From: Vulcanimicrobiota bacterium
GTDB lineage: Bacteria > Vulcanimicrobiota > Vulcanimicrobiia > Vulcanimicrobiales > Vulcanimicrobiaceae
NCBI GenBank assembly: GCA_963833095.1
Contig: CAWHWQ010000002.1
Coordinates: 32,001-96,000 of the forward strand
DNA length: 64,000 nucleotides
Direction: 5' to 3'
A program made the translations under genes and the position numbers. Position 1 is the stretch's first letter, and every line of letters begins with the position of its first letter. Below are positions 39,162-49,276 of the stretch, in pieces. The notes below the pieces were generated by a model. That model ran no database searches. It worked only from the letters and a program-made list of their open reading frames with translations, and was not told where the DNA came from.

Positions 39162-40664
39162 ATGAGCAAACGCGTGGCGTTGATTGCCGCCGCCGTAGTC
39201 TTTGTCGTGCACGCGCTCGGCAACGCGCACTACGGCTTCTTCCGCGACGAGCTTTACTTCATTATGTGCGGCTTCCATCCGCAGTGGGGGTATGTCGATC
39301 AGCCGCCCGTTGTCCCGTTGCTCGCAGCCTTCACCCAGCTCGGCGGACACTCGCTCTTCTTGCTGCGATTGGTTCCGGCGCTGTGCGCGGCTGCCGGCGT
39401 GTATATCACTTGTTTACTCGTGCTCGAATTCGGCGGCGGCATCTTTGCGCAGGCAATATCGTCGCTTGCGTTTCTGTTCGCCGGCGTGCTGCTCAGCTTC
39501 GGTGAGAAAGTCGGACCCGACGAGATCGGCCTGTGGGCCTGGCCGCTGCTCGCGCTGTTGATCGTACGTATCATCAAAGGCGCGAGCCCGCGCCTCTGGC
39601 TTGCAGTGGGTTTCGCCGCCGGTATCGCGATCGAGAGCAAATACGCGGTGCTCTTTTTTCTCGTCGCGCTATTTATCGGTCTGCTGCTCACGCCACAGCG
39701 CCAAATCCTCGCGAACCGGTGGTTCGCGGGCGGCGCCGCACTGATGCTCATCATCGCGCTGCCGAATTTCCTTTGGCAGGCGCACTACGATTTCCCGATG
39801 TGGGAGCTATTACGTAACGGGCAAAACGGCAAGAACCTCATCGTGGGGCCGCTGGTCTACCTGCTGCAAGAAGTCCTGATCACCAATCTCTTCCTCTTCC
39901 CGGTGTGGGTGATTGGGCTGTATTGGCTCCTGCGCAGCAGTACGTTCCGTTTCTTGGGCTATACCTACATCGTCCTCATCGTCGAGATGATGGTCTTTCA
40001 CGGCAAGCACTACTACCCCGCGGATGTCTATCCAATTCTCATCGCGGCAGGCGGAGTGCAAATCGAATCCTGGACGGCGCGCGCCGGGCTCGCGCGTGTC
40101 GCAATTGTCGCGTACGCGCTCGTGCTGGGTCCGGTGTTCATTCCTTACTCGCTGCCCATACTTTCCGAGCCCGCCTTCGTCGCATATCAAGCTCGCGTCG
40201 ACGCAATCACGCATTCATCGAACCGTGTGCTCGCTACGGAACACAATCGCGAGACATCGACGCTTCCGGGCGATTGGGCCGATATGCATGGCTGGCCGGA
40301 GATGGCTGCCGCCGCAAAGGACGTCTACGATTCACTCCCGGTGAACGGTCGCGCCGGAGCCGTGGTTTTCGGCGGCAACTACGGCGAAGCGTCGGCGGTT
40401 GCGTTCTTTACGCCCGGGATTCCGGTGATCAGCACGCACAATCAGTATTGGCTGTGGGGGCCGGATGGCTATGACGGCCGCGTGCTCGTGCAAATCAACG
40501 GAACGTGCTGGGCCAAGGAGCATTACTTTGCCTCACGCACGATCGCGACGGTCATCCACTCGCCATGGGCAATCGGCTACGAGAATGATATTCCGATCAA
40601 CATCTGCCGCGGCCTGAAAATACCGGTTGCACGGCTCTGGTCCGAGTCCAAAAGTTACGAATAG
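39162..40664 (+). CDS. GT-C membrane glycosyltransferase (GT39/ArnT-like)
   Basis: FFRDELYF, WGYVDQPP, many TM helices, NYGEA..HNQYWLWG. Confidence 0.85.
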   Translation: MSKRVALIAAAVVFVVHALGNAHYGFFRDELYFIMCGFHPQWGYVDQPPVVPLLAAFTQLGGHSLFLLRLVPALCAAAGVYITCLLVLEFGGGIFAQAISSLAFLFAGVLLSFGEKVGPDEIGLWAWPLLALLIVRIIKGASPRLWLAVGFAAGIAIESKYAVLFFLVALFIGLLLTPQRQILANRWFAGGAALMLIIALPNFLWQAHYDFPMWELLRNGQNGKNLIVGPLVYLLQEVLITNLFLFPVWVIGLYWLLRSSTFRFLGYTYIVLIVEMMVFHGKHYYPADVYPILIAAGGVQIESWTARAGLARVAIVAYALVLGPVFIPYSLPILSEPAFVAYQARVDAITHSSNRVLATEHNRETSTLPGDWADMHGWPEMAAAAKDVYDSLPVNGRAGAVVFGGNYGEASAVAFFTPGIPVISTHNQYWLWGPDGYDGRVLVQINGTCWAKEHYFASRTIATVIHSPWAIGYENDIPINICRGLKIPVARLWSESKSYE

Positions 40665-40725
40665 AAGGCAATCGCTCTCAGAAGAGTCGCAATCCGTGCT
40701 ATGCTGGCCAGGTATCGGAGATAAA

Positions 40726-41133
40726 ATGAAAGTTTTCTATTGGATTGTAGCGGCGACCGTTTTAGTCGCCATCTGCGCGCCGCGTCCGGCCTACGCCTAC
40801 CTCAACACTATCAAGGCCATCAATGATTCGAACAAGTGCGCGATGTTCACGTTGTACCAGCGACCCCGCGGGATAAACACGCAGGAGTACTACTCGGGTG
40901 AACATCACATCATTCTTCCGGGACAATCCGCGATGTTCAACTTTAGCATCTGGAAACAGGCAAGCTATGCGAAAATAAACGTCGACGTGTACCAAAGCCC
41001 CGACTGCAGCGGGAAGATTTGGGCTAATACCTACGATCGGTATGACATCGACAGCAGTAACAATCCCCAAGGAATAACCGCGACACTTCATCTGCTCAAC
41101 AACGGCTGGTACCGGTTCTGGTTCAACAAATAG
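40726..41133 (+). CDS. Secreted hypothetical protein
   Basis: GGAG RBS, signal peptide ending AYA, two Cys in the mature region; AT-richer codons. Confidence 0.7.
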   Translation: MKVFYWIVAATVLVAICAPRPAYAYLNTIKAINDSNKCAMFTLYQRPRGINTQEYYSGEHHIILPGQSAMFNFSIWKQASYAKINVDVYQSPDCSGKIWANTYDRYDIDSSNNPQGITATLHLLNNGWYRFWFNK

Positions 41134-41134
41134 T

Positions 41135-42019
41135 TTAGAGGGCGAGAACCTCGATCAGTCTGGGATAGACCAGGTCGGTGCGTGCCTGCGGATTTTCGGG
41201 ATCGATGATGTCGTGGTTTTCCGGCAGATCGGTAAGTTCGACATACTCGATACCGCTCGATCGCAGGCGCTGCCAACGGCGCACTACCTGTAGCGTCACC
41301 CCGTTGCTGACCGCGGGATCGTGGGTGTTCACGACCGTTGCAATGCGCGTGGCGCGCGACGCTTGTGTCCGCGCCGCAGCATAGACGGCGCTGCCGATCC
41401 GCACCGTCTGCATGAGCGCATGCGTCGGGAAGCGCGGGTACGCCGTCTTCGGAAGCTGATTCTCTTTGGCGCGAGGGTCCCACCACAAAAAGAAATTAGG
41501 AAGCGCGAGCATGATCGGCGCCAGTACGTCTAAAGCCCAGCGCGGCAGGTTGAGCAAACCGAAGTCCGGCGCAATCGGCATGCTCGTCGCGACGTCGTCG
41601 CGGTATTGCCCAAGGTACGCGCTAATCGATCCTCCCATCGACAAGCCCGCGACGGCCACGCGCTCACCCAAACCCACCGCCGCATCGACCGCTTGGTACG
41701 AACATTCCAACAGCATTTCGGCCGTCAATGACTTGAGCGCGTCGGTAATGCGATCGGCGTAGCCGTGCAGCGGCATGCGCGGAACCAGTACGTTCACGCC
41801 GAGCGCATGCAACTGCGCCGCGAACTGCGCGAACTGTCCGGGATGATTGGTGAAGCCGTGAAAAAGGACGACGCTCCACGGCGCCTGCGTCCCGTGATCC
41901 AGAAGCAGCGTCTTTGCGGTGGGGCCGATGCGCGCGCCGTCGCGCGCCATGATGACGCGCGCCTTGGCCAAGCCGTCCGCGTAGCCCGCCGCGGGTGAAC
42001 TAGCGGGAGGCGCGAGCAT
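41135..42019 (-). CDS. Alpha/beta hydrolase (esterase-like)
   Basis: LFHGFT, GLSMGG, HDIIDP. Confidence 0.85.
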   Translation of the reverse strand: MLAPPASSPAAGYADGLAKARVIMARDGARIGPTAKTLLLDHGTQAPWSVVLFHGFTNHPGQFAQFAAQLHALGVNVLVPRMPLHGYADRITDALKSLTAEMLLECSYQAVDAAVGLGERVAVAGLSMGGSISAYLGQYRDDVATSMPIAPDFGLLNLPRWALDVLAPIMLALPNFFLWWDPRAKENQLPKTAYPRFPTHALMQTVRIGSAVYAAARTQASRATRIATVVNTHDPAVSNGVTLQVVRRWQRLRSSGIEYVELTDLPENHDIIDPENPQARTDLVYPRLIEVLAL

Positions 42020-42566
42020 GCTGCGGACATCCGGCGATGTGATCGTTGACGAGACCCGTCGCCTGCATGAACGCATACATGATCGTCGGGCCGACGAACC
42101 GGAACCCGCGCTTGACGAGATCCTTGCTCAGCGCGCGCGACTCGTCGCTTTCAGCCGGAAGATCCTCGCGACGCTTGATCTGATTGTTGATCGTCTTTTC
42201 GCCAACGAAACCCCAGACGTATTTGTCGAACGAGCCGAACTCTTTCTGAATTTTCAGAAAGGCCTTGGCGTTACTTACCGTCGATTCGACTTTTGCGCGA
42301 TTCCGAACGATACCGGGATCGGTAAGGATCTTTTCGACGCGCGCCGGCGTCATGCGTGCCACGCGTAGTGGATCGAAATCGTGGAAGACCTTGCGGTAAT
42401 GGTCGCGCTTGCGCAAGATCGTTTCCCAACTCAAGCCGGCCTGCGCCCCTTCGAGCGTGACGAACTCGAAAAACGTGCGGTCGTCGTGAACCGGACGCCC
42501 CCACTCGCTATCGTGATATGCGATCGACAACTCCGTCGTTGCCCAACTGCAGCGCTTATCGACCAC
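42000..42566 (-). CDS. tag: DNA-3-methyladenine glycosylase I
   Basis: RCSWA..YHDSEWG, LEGAQAGLSW, GFRFVGPT, VNDHIAGC. Confidence 0.95.
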   Translation of the reverse strand: MVDKRCSWATTELSIAYHDSEWGRPVHDDRTFFEFVTLEGAQAGLSWETILRKRDHYRKVFHDFDPLRVARMTPARVEKILTDPGIVRNRAKVESTVSNAKAFLKIQKEFGSFDKYVWGFVGEKTINNQIKRREDLPAESDESRALSKDLVKRGFRFVGPTIMYAFMQATGLVNDHIAGCPQHARASR

Positions 42567-42571
42567 CGCGC

Positions 42572-44071
42572 TTACGGGAAGCCCAGATTCAATGACGGCG
42601 CGCGCTCGTCCCAACGGGCGGTGACGACCTTCCCGCGCGTATAAAATCGGAATCCGTCTTCGCCGTAGATATGCAGATCGCCGAAGAGCGAGGCCTTCCA
42701 TCCGCCGAAGCTGTAGTAACCGACCGGCACGGGGATCGGCACGTTCACGCCGACCATGCCGACCTGCACTTCGCGCTGAAACTTGTGCGCGGCTCCACCG
42801 TCGCGGGTGAAGATCGATGTGCCGTTGCCGTACGCGTTGCGATTGATCAACTCGAGCGCGTCGTTCAGATTCTGCGCGCGCACGTTGACCAACACCGGCC
42901 CGAAGATCTCGTCAGTGTAGATCGTCATCTCCGGCGTCACCTGATCGAAGAGCGTTGGGCCGACCCAGAATCCGTCTTCGCAACCGCTCACGCGCAGCGC
43001 ACGCCCGTCTTCAACTAATGCCGCACCGGCGCGATCGCCTTGCGCGATGTAGTCGGTAATGCGGTCGCGCGCTTGCGCCGTGACCACGGGGCCCATGTCA
43101 TTGGTCGCGTCGGCGCCCGGCCCGATCTTGAGGCGACCGATGCGTTCCAGAATCTTCGGAATCAAGGCTTCATGCGCGTTGCCGACGGTCACACTTGCCG
43201 AAATGGCCATGCAGCGCTGACCGGCCGAACCATAGGCCGACGACACGAGCGCGTCGGCGGCAGCGTCCATATCGGCATCCGGCATCACCACAAGATGATT
43301 CTTAGCGCCCCCCAGCGCTTGCACGCGCTTGCCGTTGGCCGCGGCGGTTGCATACACGTATTTCGCAATGGGCGTGCTGCCGACGAAACTGACCGCCGAA
43401 ATACCGGGGTGCGTCAGAATTGCGTCGACCGCGACCTTGTCACCGTGCACGACGTTGAAGACGCCTTTGGGCAGACCCGCCTGCGCCCAGAGCTCCGCGA
43501 CGAGGATCGACGTCGACGGATCGCGCTCGGAGGGTTTTAGGATGAACGTATTGCCGCACGCGACCGCGATTGCAAACATCCACGCCGGCACCATCATCGG
43601 AAAATTAAATGGCGTGATGCCCGCGCACACGCCGAGCGGTTGCCGAATCGAGTAGGTGTCGACGTTGCGCGAAACACTCTCGCTGAACTCGCCCTTGGTC
43701 ATTTGCGTGAGCGCACATGCATAGTCGATGACTTCGAGCGCGCGCGCGACCTCGCCGGCGGCGTCGGTGACGACCTTGCCGTGCTCCGACGAAACGATTT
43801 GCGCGATGCGCTGCGAATTCATGCGCATCAGCTCACGAAACGCAAAGAGGACCTCCGCGCGCTTGCCCAACGGCGTATCGCGCCACGCGGGGAAGGCCGC
43901 GGTCGCCGCGCGAACGGCGCGATCGACCATAGCGGGATCGGCTAGCGCGACCCGCGCCTGGACGACGCCGTGCGCAGGGTCGTAGACCTCTCCGTAGCGC
44001 TGCGCGGGGTCGTCGACGGCCGCACCGTCGATGTAATGGTGGATGAGGCGGGTCGCAGTTGAGATAGCCAT
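42572..44071 (-). CDS. mmsA: CoA-acylating methylmalonate-semialdehyde dehydrogenase
   Basis: GITPFNFP, KPSERDP, GGAKNH, SAGQRCMA, VGVNVPIPVP, FGGWKASLFG. Confidence 0.93.
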   Translation of the reverse strand: MAISTATRLIHHYIDGAAVDDPAQRYGEVYDPAHGVVQARVALADPAMVDRAVRAATAAFPAWRDTPLGKRAEVLFAFRELMRMNSQRIAQIVSSEHGKVVTDAAGEVARALEVIDYACALTQMTKGEFSESVSRNVDTYSIRQPLGVCAGITPFNFPMMVPAWMFAIAVACGNTFILKPSERDPSTSILVAELWAQAGLPKGVFNVVHGDKVAVDAILTHPGISAVSFVGSTPIAKYVYATAAANGKRVQALGGAKNHLVVMPDADMDAAADALVSSAYGSAGQRCMAISASVTVGNAHEALIPKILERIGRLKIGPGADATNDMGPVVTAQARDRITDYIAQGDRAGAALVEDGRALRVSGCEDGFWVGPTLFDQVTPEMTIYTDEIFGPVLVNVRAQNLNDALELINRNAYGNGTSIFTRDGGAAHKFQREVQVGMVGVNVPIPVPVGYYSFGGWKASLFGDLHIYGEDGFRFYTRGKVVTARWDERAPSLNLGFP

Positions 44072-44078
44072 CCGTCGA

Positions 44079-44939
44079 TTATAGCGGACGATCGATCAAA
44101 TCGAGAAGTTCCGCAAAGACGTGGCCGGCGATCTTTGGATGGCGCAGCGGTTCGATGATGTCGTGCGAGATCGGAATGCCGCGCAGGACGACGTGCTCCA
44201 ACCGGCCACCGGGCCGGGCGCGCAAGAGCCCGCGTAGTCGCCGAACCGCTCGATTGCTCACGGCGGCCTCCTTTGCGTTGGTCACGAGAATGAGCTCACG
44301 TGCAGCCAGCATGTCGCCCGCGTGCGCGAAGACGTCTCGCGCAAGCAGGAGCGACTGGCCGATCGCATGCGAGGAGTAGCGCGGATAACCATGCTCCGGC
44401 TTTAGGCGCTCGCGTACGAGCGGATTCCACCACGGGAAAATATTGGGCAACTTCAGGAGCAGATCCGCGAACGGTTCGGTGAAACGCGTCGGCATCCACG
44501 ACATGCCGAAAAATGGCGCGATGGCGACGGCACGATCGATCGAATAGTGCTGCGCAGCCCATGTCGCAAGCAAACCACCAAGAGAAAATCCAGCCACCAC
44601 AACGCGCTCGCCGAGGCCTTGCGCCAGCTCGATGCTCTCCGTCGCGAACGCGCGTAGATCGTCCGCCTGCAACTGCGCGAGCGCCGTGGTAAGGCGGTTG
44701 CGATGGCCGTGCCGTGGCAGGCGCGGGACAATGACGTTGTGACCACGCTCGTGGAGCTCGTGGGCAAAGCGAACAAACTGTTGCGGGCTGGCCGCAATCC
44801 CGTGAAAAAGGACGACCGCGACCGGCCGCACCTCCCCGTGGAGCAGCAACTTGGTGCGGCCTTCGTCCGAAATACCGCGGTGGTCGCGGAGCCGGAGCCG
44901 ATCGAGCAGCGCGCTCGTCTGGTCGGATAAGTACTGCAT
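44079..44939 (-). CDS. Alpha/beta hydrolase, paralogue of 41135-42019
   Basis: LFHGIA, GFSLGG, HDIIEP. Confidence 0.85.
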   Translation of the reverse strand: MQYLSDQTSALLDRLRLRDHRGISDEGRTKLLLHGEVRPVAVVLFHGIAASPQQFVRFAHELHERGHNVIVPRLPRHGHRNRLTTALAQLQADDLRAFATESIELAQGLGERVVVAGFSLGGLLATWAAQHYSIDRAVAIAPFFGMSWMPTRFTEPFADLLLKLPNIFPWWNPLVRERLKPEHGYPRYSSHAIGQSLLLARDVFAHAGDMLAARELILVTNAKEAAVSNRAVRRLRGLLRARPGGRLEHVVLRGIPISHDIIEPLRHPKIAGHVFAELLDLIDRPL

Positions 44940-44990
44940 CGTATCGATAAAGAAGTGTTCTCGCGCCCGTTGGCGCAATCTTTCGTTATT

Positions 44991-46199
44991 ATGCCCGGCA
45001 AGTCTGGTATAGCCCAAGGATTCATCGATCTCGACGAGACCTACGGAGCGCACAACTACGCGCCGTTGGATCTGGTGATCGAGCGCGCCGAGGGCGTCTG
45101 GCTCTACGACGTCGACGGCCGGCGCTATCTCGACTGCATTAGCGCATATTCCGCCGTCAACCAGGGGCACTGTCACCCGCGCATTCTTGCGGCCTTGGTC
45201 GAACAGGCGTCGAAAGTCCCTTTGACGTCGCGGGCGCTGCGCAACGATCGCATGGGCCGCTTTCTGAAAAAGCTCGCCGAGGTCAGCGGCTTCGAATGCG
45301 CGTTGCCGATGAATACCGGCGCCGAGGCGGTCGAAACCGCGATCAAACTTGCGCGCCGCTGGGGCTATCGCATCAAAGGCATCCCCGCCGACGCTGCCGA
45401 GATCATCGTCTTCTCGAACAACTTCCACGGCCGAACCACGGCAATCGTCAGTGCCAGCACGGATCCGGCTTACCGCGCCGACTTCGGCCCGTTCATGCCG
45501 GGCTTCACGTTTGTAACCTACGGCGACGCCGACGCGCTCGAACGCGCGATCTCAGCGAACACGTGCGCAATCCTAATCGAACCGATTCAAGGTGAAGGCG
45601 GCGTGATCGTTCCACCGGACGGATTTCTCAAACGCGCGTGGGCGCTATGCAAAGAACACAACGTGCTCTTCGCAGCCGACGAAATTCAAACCGGCTTTGG
45701 TCGCACGGGTGATCTCTTCGCGTGCGATTTCGACAACATCAAGCCCGATGTGCTCATCGTGGGCAAGGCGCTCGGTGGGGGCTACTACCCGGTTTCCGCC
45801 GTGCTCGCAAGCAACGAATTGATGTCGCTCTTTGCGCCGGGCGATCACGGCAGCACGTTCGGTGGAAATCCGCTCGCAAGTGCGATCGGCGAAGCTGCGC
45901 TCGACGTCATCATCGACGAAAAGCTCGCTTCGCGGGCACGCTACGCCGGCGCTAAGCTGATGCAGGGTTTGCGCTCCGTGCAGTCGCCGGCGGTCAAGGA
46001 GATTCGGGGTCGCGGTTTGCTCATCGGGATCGAATTGACCGTTCCCGCAAAACGTCTCGTGCAGGGGCTCATCGAGCGAGGCGTCGTTGCTAAGGATACG
46101 CACGAGCGCGTGCTGCGCATCGCGCCGCCGCTGGTGATCGACGACGCCGCGATCGACTTCTTGCTCGCGCAATACCGCGAGGCGCTCGAATCGCTGTGA
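44991..46199 (+). CDS. rocD: Ornithine aminotransferase
   Basis: GAHNYAPL, SAYSAVNQGHCHP, MNTGAEAVETA, DEIQTGFGRTG, GKALGGG. Confidence 0.92.
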   Translation: MPGKSGIAQGFIDLDETYGAHNYAPLDLVIERAEGVWLYDVDGRRYLDCISAYSAVNQGHCHPRILAALVEQASKVPLTSRALRNDRMGRFLKKLAEVSGFECALPMNTGAEAVETAIKLARRWGYRIKGIPADAAEIIVFSNNFHGRTTAIVSASTDPAYRADFGPFMPGFTFVTYGDADALERAISANTCAILIEPIQGEGGVIVPPDGFLKRAWALCKEHNVLFAADEIQTGFGRTGDLFACDFDNIKPDVLIVGKALGGGYYPVSAVLASNELMSLFAPGDHGSTFGGNPLASAIGEAALDVIIDEKLASRARYAGAKLMQGLRSVQSPAVKEIRGRGLLIGIELTVPAKRLVQGLIERGVVAKDTHERVLRIAPPLVIDDAAIDFLLAQYREALESL

Positions 46200-47782
46200 T
46201 CGTTCCCGAACGGTTCAACTTTGCGCGCGATGTGATCGATACGCTCGCATTGCAGCGGCGCCGCGGACTGCTTTTCGTCGCTGCCGACGGGTCGCAGCGC
46301 GATTACGGCTTCGCCGAGATCAGCGAGGCGTCGCAGCGCTATTCCGCGGTGCTGCGCGATGGCGGCATCGAGCGCGCCTCGCGGGTGATCGTCGCATTGC
46401 CCAAGATTCCGCAGTGGCTTTTCGTCATGCTTGCCCTCGACCGACTCGGTGCGATCGCGATTCCCGGACCCGAACAATTGCGAGCCAAAGATTTACTCTA
46501 TCGCGCCGATCATGCCGAGGCGGTTGCGATGATCGGCGACGCGCCGAATCTAACCGAACTCCAAGCCGCGCGCAACGATGCGAAAACCGTTCGCGCGGGA
46601 TTCTCGGTGCGCGGCGGTGCGGATGGCTGGCTCGATCTCGACGCACTCGCCGGACAGGCAGCCCCGTTCCAAGGGGTCGAGACGCGCGCCGATGAGTGGG
46701 CGTACATCGTGTATACCAGCGGCACGACCAAAGACCCCAAGGGCGTCGTGCATGACCGCGCGTACGCCTATGCCAAACGTGCGCAGGCGCAATTTTGGCT
46801 CGACTGCACGCCCGACGATTTGGTGTGGTGCAGCGCCTCGACCGGTTGGGCAAAATCGTTGTGGAACGTGTTGCTCGGTCCGTGGTCGCATGGCAGCACG
46901 ATCCTATTGCACGAGGGCGCGTTCGATCCACGACAGCGCATGGATCTCTTAGCGGAGCACGAGGTAACCATTCTCTGCCAAGCGCCGACTGAATACCGGC
47001 TCGAAGCAAAACTTCCCGACCTCGCGCACTGGTCGTTACCGAAGCTGCGTCACTGCGTGAGCGCAGGCGAACCGCTCAATCCCGAAGTGATCGCGCGTTG
47101 GAAAGACGCGTTCGGCTTGGAGATTCTCGACGGCTACGGACAGACCGAGAATACGTTGCTGGTAGCGAACGCCCACGGCGCCGCTGTTCGCCCAGGCTCG
47201 ATGGGCAAACCGACGCCGGGGCACGACGTCACCGTCATCGACGAAGACGGCAACGCGTGCAAGACCGGCGAAACCGGAGACATCGCGCTGCGCGGCACGC
47301 CGCCCTCACTCTTTAAGGGTTACTTGAAGAATCCCGAGGAGACGGCCAAGAGCTATCGCGCCGGCTACTATCTCACCGGCGACCGGGCCTACATAGATGA
47401 AGACGGATATTTTTGGTTCGTCGGCCGCTCCGACGACGTCATTAGCTCGGGCGCTTATCGCATCGGCCCATTCGAAGTGGAGAGCGCGCTGCTCGAACAT
47501 GCTGCTGTCGCCGAGTCGGCCGTGGTGGGGAGCCCGGATCCGGATCGCGGCAACATCGTCAAAGCCTTTGTCGTGCTGCGCCCGGGACACGAAGGCAGCG
47601 ATGCGCTCGTGCGGGAGCTGCAAGAGCACTGCAAGCGCGTCACCGCGCCCTACAAATACCCGCGTGAGATCGAATTCGTCAGCGAGTTGCCGAAGACGCG
47701 CTCGGGAAAGATCCGGCGCGTCGAATTGCGCCAACTCGAACTCGAGCGTAAAGGCGCCACGCGGTCGAGCGGCTATTTATGA
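46196..47782 (+). CDS. Acyl-CoA synthetase (short/medium chain)
   Basis: YTSGTTKDPKG, TGWAK, SAGEPLN, YGQTE, GRSDD, PKTRSGKI. Confidence 0.9.
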   Translation: MIVPERFNFARDVIDTLALQRRRGLLFVAADGSQRDYGFAEISEASQRYSAVLRDGGIERASRVIVALPKIPQWLFVMLALDRLGAIAIPGPEQLRAKDLLYRADHAEAVAMIGDAPNLTELQAARNDAKTVRAGFSVRGGADGWLDLDALAGQAAPFQGVETRADEWAYIVYTSGTTKDPKGVVHDRAYAYAKRAQAQFWLDCTPDDLVWCSASTGWAKSLWNVLLGPWSHGSTILLHEGAFDPRQRMDLLAEHEVTILCQAPTEYRLEAKLPDLAHWSLPKLRHCVSAGEPLNPEVIARWKDAFGLEILDGYGQTENTLLVANAHGAAVRPGSMGKPTPGHDVTVIDEDGNACKTGETGDIALRGTPPSLFKGYLKNPEETAKSYRAGYYLTGDRAYIDEDGYFWFVGRSDDVISSGAYRIGPFEVESALLEHAAVAESAVVGSPDPDRGNIVKAFVVLRPGHEGSDALVRELQEHCKRVTAPYKYPREIEFVSELPKTRSGKIRRVELRQLELERKGATRSSGYL

Positions 47783-47825
47783 CCGCTTCTGGGTGAAGAG
47801 CAAGGCGAGCAGGGCTCACCTGCCC

Positions 47826-47854
47826 TTGACCCAGGCCCCGGACCGTGGTATTCT
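47826..47854 (+). promoter_or_regulatory. Sigma70 promoter of the infC operon
   Basis: TTGACC-17 nt-TATTCT with an extended TG. Confidence 0.7.
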
Positions 47855-47860
47855 GCGCAA

Positions 47861-47982
47861 GCCGAAGAAGCGCTTGGGGTACGCCCCGAGCCTCACCGGA
47901 TGCCTGCGGGCGATCCGGTTACTACTCGAGGGGCCGTCGGTAGGTTCCGCGCGTGGGGTTGCTTCGGCAACGCCATTTTTTG
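47861..47982 (+). promoter_or_regulatory. L20-leader-like transcription attenuator
   Basis: Terminator TGGGGTTGC-TTCG-GCAACGCCA-TTTTTT; the 5' GCCGAAG can pair with CTTCGGC inside it; located before infC-rpmI-rplT. Confidence 0.7.
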
Positions 47983-48006
47983 TTCTCTCTTGAAAGGGAA
48001 AACGCC

Positions 48007-48699
48007 ATAGCTCGACCGCTGCGAGTCAACGAGCAAATCCGTATTCGACAGGTCCGGGTGATCGACGAAAACGGCGAACAGCTCGGCATATTGCCGACCG
48101 AGGACGCGCTTTCGCGTGCCCGAGGCGCGGGCCTGGATCTGATCGAGATCTCGCCCAACGCACAGCCGCCGGTGGTAAAAATCGGTGACTACGGCCGGTT
48201 GAAATACGAGCAGTCGAAAAAAGATAAAGACGCGCGCAAGAAACAACGCAACTTCGAGCTCCGCGAGGTCAAGTTGCGCCCGAAGATCGAGACCCACGAC
48301 TACGAGACGAAGGCGCGCATGACCGAGCGGCTTCTGCTCGACGGAAGCAAGATCAAGGTCACGATCATGTTTCGCGGACGCGAAATTACCTATACGGCGT
48401 TTGGCCGGCGGTTACTCGACCGCATGGCTGAAGACATGGCGCCGCTTGCCACCATCGAGCGCGAACCGCGGCTCGAAGGAAAAAATATGTTTATGATCCT
48501 GGCGCCACGCGTAACGCCGACCGGTCCGCCAAAGTTCTCCTTGCACAAAGACAAGGACGACAAGGACCATAAGGACGGTACGCGCGCTCAAGATCACAAG
48601 GACGCGCCCGTCGTCGACAAAGAACACGACGAGCACGACGAACACGACGAACACGTCGAGGAACACGAAGAACCAGCGAAGGAGCCTACCCGTGCCTAA
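48007..48699 (+). CDS. infC: Translation initiation factor IF-3 (ATA start, His/acidic tail)
   Basis: RVNEQIR..VRVID, KVTIMFRGRE; GAAAGGGA RBS before ATA. Confidence 0.95.
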   Translation: MARPLRVNEQIRIRQVRVIDENGEQLGILPTEDALSRARGAGLDLIEISPNAQPPVVKIGDYGRLKYEQSKKDKDARKKQRNFELREVKLRPKIETHDYETKARMTERLLLDGSKIKVTIMFRGREITYTAFGRRLLDRMAEDMAPLATIEREPRLEGKNMFMILAPRVTPTGPPKFSLHKDKDDKDHKDGTRAQDHKDAPVVDKEHDEHDEHDEHVEEHEEPAKEPTRA

Positions 48700-48898
48700 G
48701 ATTCGTACCCATCGTGGTACCGCAAAACGCGTCAAAGTGACGGCGACCGGAAAGGTCATTCACCGTCATCAGTTCAGCGGTTGCGGCCACATTCTCAGCA
48801 AGAAGACGCGCAAACGCAAGCGCAACTTCCGCAAGGATCAACCGACGTTCAAGGGCGATTTGAAGCGCTTGGCGCCGACGATCCCGTATTTGGTTTAA
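48692..48898 (+). CDS. rpmI: 50S ribosomal protein L35
   Basis: MPKIRTHRGTAKRVKVT; operon position. Confidence 0.95.
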   Translation: MPKIRTHRGTAKRVKVTATGKVIHRHQFSGCGHILSKKTRKRKRNFRKDQPTFKGDLKRLAPTIPYLV

Positions 48899-48913
48899 GG
48901 AGGGCTCGAACAC

Positions 48914-49273
48914 ATGGCACGCGTTAAACGTGGCGTAGCTGGGCTCAAGCATCGCCGTAAAGTCATGAAGCTCGTCAAGGGCTTCCGCGCCTCCCGCCGT
49001 CGCAACTATCGCGTCGCGAACGAAGCGCTGCTCAAGTCGCTGGCGTACGCATTCCGTGATCGCCGCGTCCGCAAGCGCGACTTTCGCTCGCTCTGGATCA
49101 GCCGCATCAACGCGGCCGTCCGCCGCGAAGGCATGACCTACTCCGTCTTCATGAACGGTTTGAAGAAGTCGGGCGTGACGCTCAATCGCAAGGCGATTTC
49201 GGAACTAGCGATCAACGATCAGCAGGCCTTTGGCTCGCTGCTCAAGATCGCAAAGCAAGCCGTCAGCAAATAG
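48914..49273 (+). CDS. rplT: 50S ribosomal protein L20
   Basis: MARVKRG, RDRRVRKRDFRSLWISRINAA. Confidence 0.97.
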   Translation: MARVKRGVAGLKHRRKVMKLVKGFRASRRRNYRVANEALLKSLAYAFRDRRVRKRDFRSLWISRINAAVRREGMTYSVFMNGLKKSGVTLNRKAISELAINDQQAFGSLLKIAKQAVSK

Positions 49274-49276
49274 CCC

